In this document: in pieces, positions 61,626 through 64,000 of the stretch
Layout: each line of letters starts with the position of its first letter
Numbering within the stretch: position 1 is the first letter of the stretch
From: Raja brachyura
Lineage: Eukaryota
Direction of reading: 5' to 3'
Length of the DNA stretch: 64,000 bases
Assembly (NCBI GenBank): GCA_963514005.1
Contig: OY740790.1
Span: forward strand, 4,340,001 to 4,404,000
The notes under the pieces: generated by a model
The model's input: the letters and a program-made list of their open reading frames with translations, nothing else
What the model was told of the DNA's origin: nothing
Databases searched by the model: none
Made by a program: the position numbers and the translations under genes

Positions 61626-62054
61626 TTTATCATTGCTTAATGAACTTAGTTTATTGTCGCATGTACGGAGGTACAGTAAAAAACTTTATAGACTAACTTT
61701 ACACAAAATGTATACATTGTAAAGTGAAGGAAATGGATGAATACATATTAAAAACCTATTAAAAATGAATTATGGACACTTTATGTAGCAATTTGGAATT
61801 GCTTATATGTTTTTCCAAAATGGTGTTGGCTAGAAGTGAAGTTGCACATGGATTAATTTATGCATTGGAATCTATTTTCTGGAGTGAAACTATGGCCATT
61901 TCCAAGCCTCTGAACAAATACATCTCGCTGTGGGTCACCTTTGCATGTAAACCAGTCAATTTGCACACTACCCTGCACCTGTAGACGTTCAAGAATATTC
62001 ATTGACATACCAAATCAAAAGTAAGCGGAGATAGGCGTTGTGATTGCTTCGAGG

Positions 62055-62490
62055 ACGGACACAAGATGCTGGAGTAACTCAGCGGGACAGGCAGCATCTC
62101 TGGAGAGAAAGGAATGGGTCATGTTTCAGGTCGACACCCTTCTTCAGGCTGAGAGTCAGGGGGGAGGGAGACACGGAGATAAGGAAGTGTAAGGTGTGAA
62201 AACGAGACATCAATGGGGATGGAGATCAAGATATGGATGATTGTTAGCTAGTAGAAGTTGACAACGAAACCAACAGAAATTAAAATGTAATCAGGGCGAC
62301 AGTCAGACTGGTCGGAGAACGAGGAGGGGGGGGGGGGGTGATGGAGAGAGGGGGAAAGCAAGGGTTGGATGAAGTTAGAGAAGTCAAAGTTCATACCGCT
62401 GGGTTGAAAGCTGCCCAAGCGAAATATAAGGTGCTGTTCCTCCAATTTGCTTTGGGCCTCAATCTGGCAATGGAGGAGGCCCAGAACAAT
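62055..62490 (-). mobile_element. Older Penelope-like element 3' remnant
   Basis: KLEEQHLIFRLGS in ORF 62248-62538 plus pLTR. Confidence 0.78.
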
Positions 62491-63102
62491 GTGCTTCGAT
62501 GTGTTGGCTCCAGGGCAGACCTCGAGAGATATGCACATAGATAGGATCTGAGGGGGAAATATGTTTATTCAGAGAGCAGTTGCAATCTGGAATACATCAG
62601 TATGGTATGGTACTTTATTTGTCTATTGTACCCAAGGTACAGTGAAATTCATTTTTGTATAGTTGAGTACAAATATCACCATTCATACGCACCTAGATAC
62701 ATGTTAGATAAGCATCTCAGACACAGTACAAGTGTATAGCAGGACTACACCGAGACAGTACACAGAGTCGCCAGTTTGGGCCCAAGTCAGAGGTTGTTGT
62801 AGGTGCAGGGATCTTGACCTGCCCATGAAGTTCTGTTGTCCTGGTGGCGTTGCAGGGTCGGCCTGGCCAAGCGTAGCAACGGTGCCCTCCGCCGCTGCTC
62901 CAGTAGAAGACGGTGATGAGCGCTTTCAACAATGAAGGAGCGTTTTAATGAGACTTAACTCGCCAAGACAAGGAAGGATACAAGTGACCTTCCCTTCCCA
63001 TTCTCCAGAGCATGGATTATAACAACCGCAAGACTCTAGAAATGAACTTTAATGAAAGATGGTGTCGTTGATAAGGGAATTTGTAGACTTTGCACTTTAT
63101 TA

Positions 63103-63590
63103 AGGGCCTGTCCTACAAGCATGCAACTCCATGCGATGAGCGCGACGTAACGTGGTCGCTTGAGCCGTCCGGCGTCGCGGGGCCGGTCCCACTTCGATCG
63201 CCGGAGCCGTGCGGAATTGTTAGAGTTCGTCCCGACATCGCGCGGGGCTCCGAAAAACTGACTGATCAAAAATTCCGTGCGGCAACGGCTTGTCGGCTCG
63301 CAGTCGCCTCGACGCATTACACACCGCCTCGACATCGTGCCTCCGTGACCCTCTCTGTAGGTGCCTCCGTGACCCTCTATGTGTGTGGCTCCGTGGCCCT
63401 CTGTGTGTGTGTGCCTCTGTGCCCCTCTCTGTGTGCCCCTCTCTGTCCTGGCAAACTTACCTTGAAGACTTTGCTCCAAGTTCGCCTCACTTTGCGCCGC
63501 GTTGCGCCACTCACCCGACCTCCGCGCGGCCCCTGCTGCCGGTTTGATCGCGCTCACCGCATGGAGTCGGATGCTGGTAGGTCAGGCCCT
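63103..63590. mobile_element. PIF/Harbinger-like MITE (GC-rich subfamily)
   Basis: agggcctgtcc...ggtcaggccct; TTA TSD; similar to 19419-19977. Confidence 0.85.
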
Positions 63591-64000
63591 TTAGTCCTTT
63601 CCTCAGCCACCATTGCCCCTCCTTCAACGGTTGATGCAGAGAAGTCTGTCAGTCATGGCTAAAACTAGGGAGGTGATCATACTGAACCGTGGTTGTGGAA
63701 GGTCAAATCTAATGGTTTCAACTCTACCTTGACCATTTGTCGACCTTTTTGTGTGCGCTTCTGAGCCGTTTAAATCCCTAATCTTTAGAAAGGCTCATTC
63801 CTGAGCGTAATGCGATGGTCACAATGGTTTTGGAATGCATCCAAGTATTTGGATTGAAGATAGACACAAAATGATGGAGTAACTCAGCGGGCCAGGCAGC
63901 ATCTCTGGAGAAAAGGAATATGTGACGTTTCGGGTCGAGACCCTTCATACTGAGGGTCAGGGGGAGAAGACAATGGAGATATAGACAGTGATGTAGAGAG

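Noticed and set aside
33000-64000. Search for RGL1 common exons (SSIQDWGEE-like, REM/CDC25 domains)
   Set aside because: None recognised by eye, so the RGL1 assignment rests on synteny knowledge only and no gene symbol was given.

Overview
Repeat-dense vertebrate genomic DNA. The repeat complement (HE1-type V-SINEs, HER1/CR1 LINE ends, Rex1/Babar ends, Neptune-type Penelope-like elements) points to a cartilaginous fish, probably a skate or ray (inference). The only intact protein-coding ORF is APOBEC4 (minus strand, 8515-9666). Its CDS sits in one exon with a splice acceptor at 9747/9746, and I predict a non-coding first exon ending at 16027 with an RFX/MYB/forkhead promoter cluster. Two small plus-strand candidate exons (20208-20303; ending 32961) may be alternative N-terminal exons of the host gene RGL1, which nests APOBEC4 in mammals. 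The rest is mostly intronic transposon sequence. Most notable: (1) a ~143-bp TSD-flanked retroposon whose 5' end folds as a minimal HDV-like ribozyme (7861-7914); (2) many Penelope-derived minimal hammerhead motifs, including inverted dimers and 66-bp tandem arrays of the GAAACGUC cleavage half; (3) a TAG...CTA DNA transposon family with 7-bp TSDs, one copy of which carries a relic exon encoding a Spindlin/Tudor-like domain; (4) neighbouring LINE copies that share private variants. There is a 142-N assembly gap at 12864-13005. All calls were made by eye without database searches; repeat boundaries not defined by TSDs are approximate.
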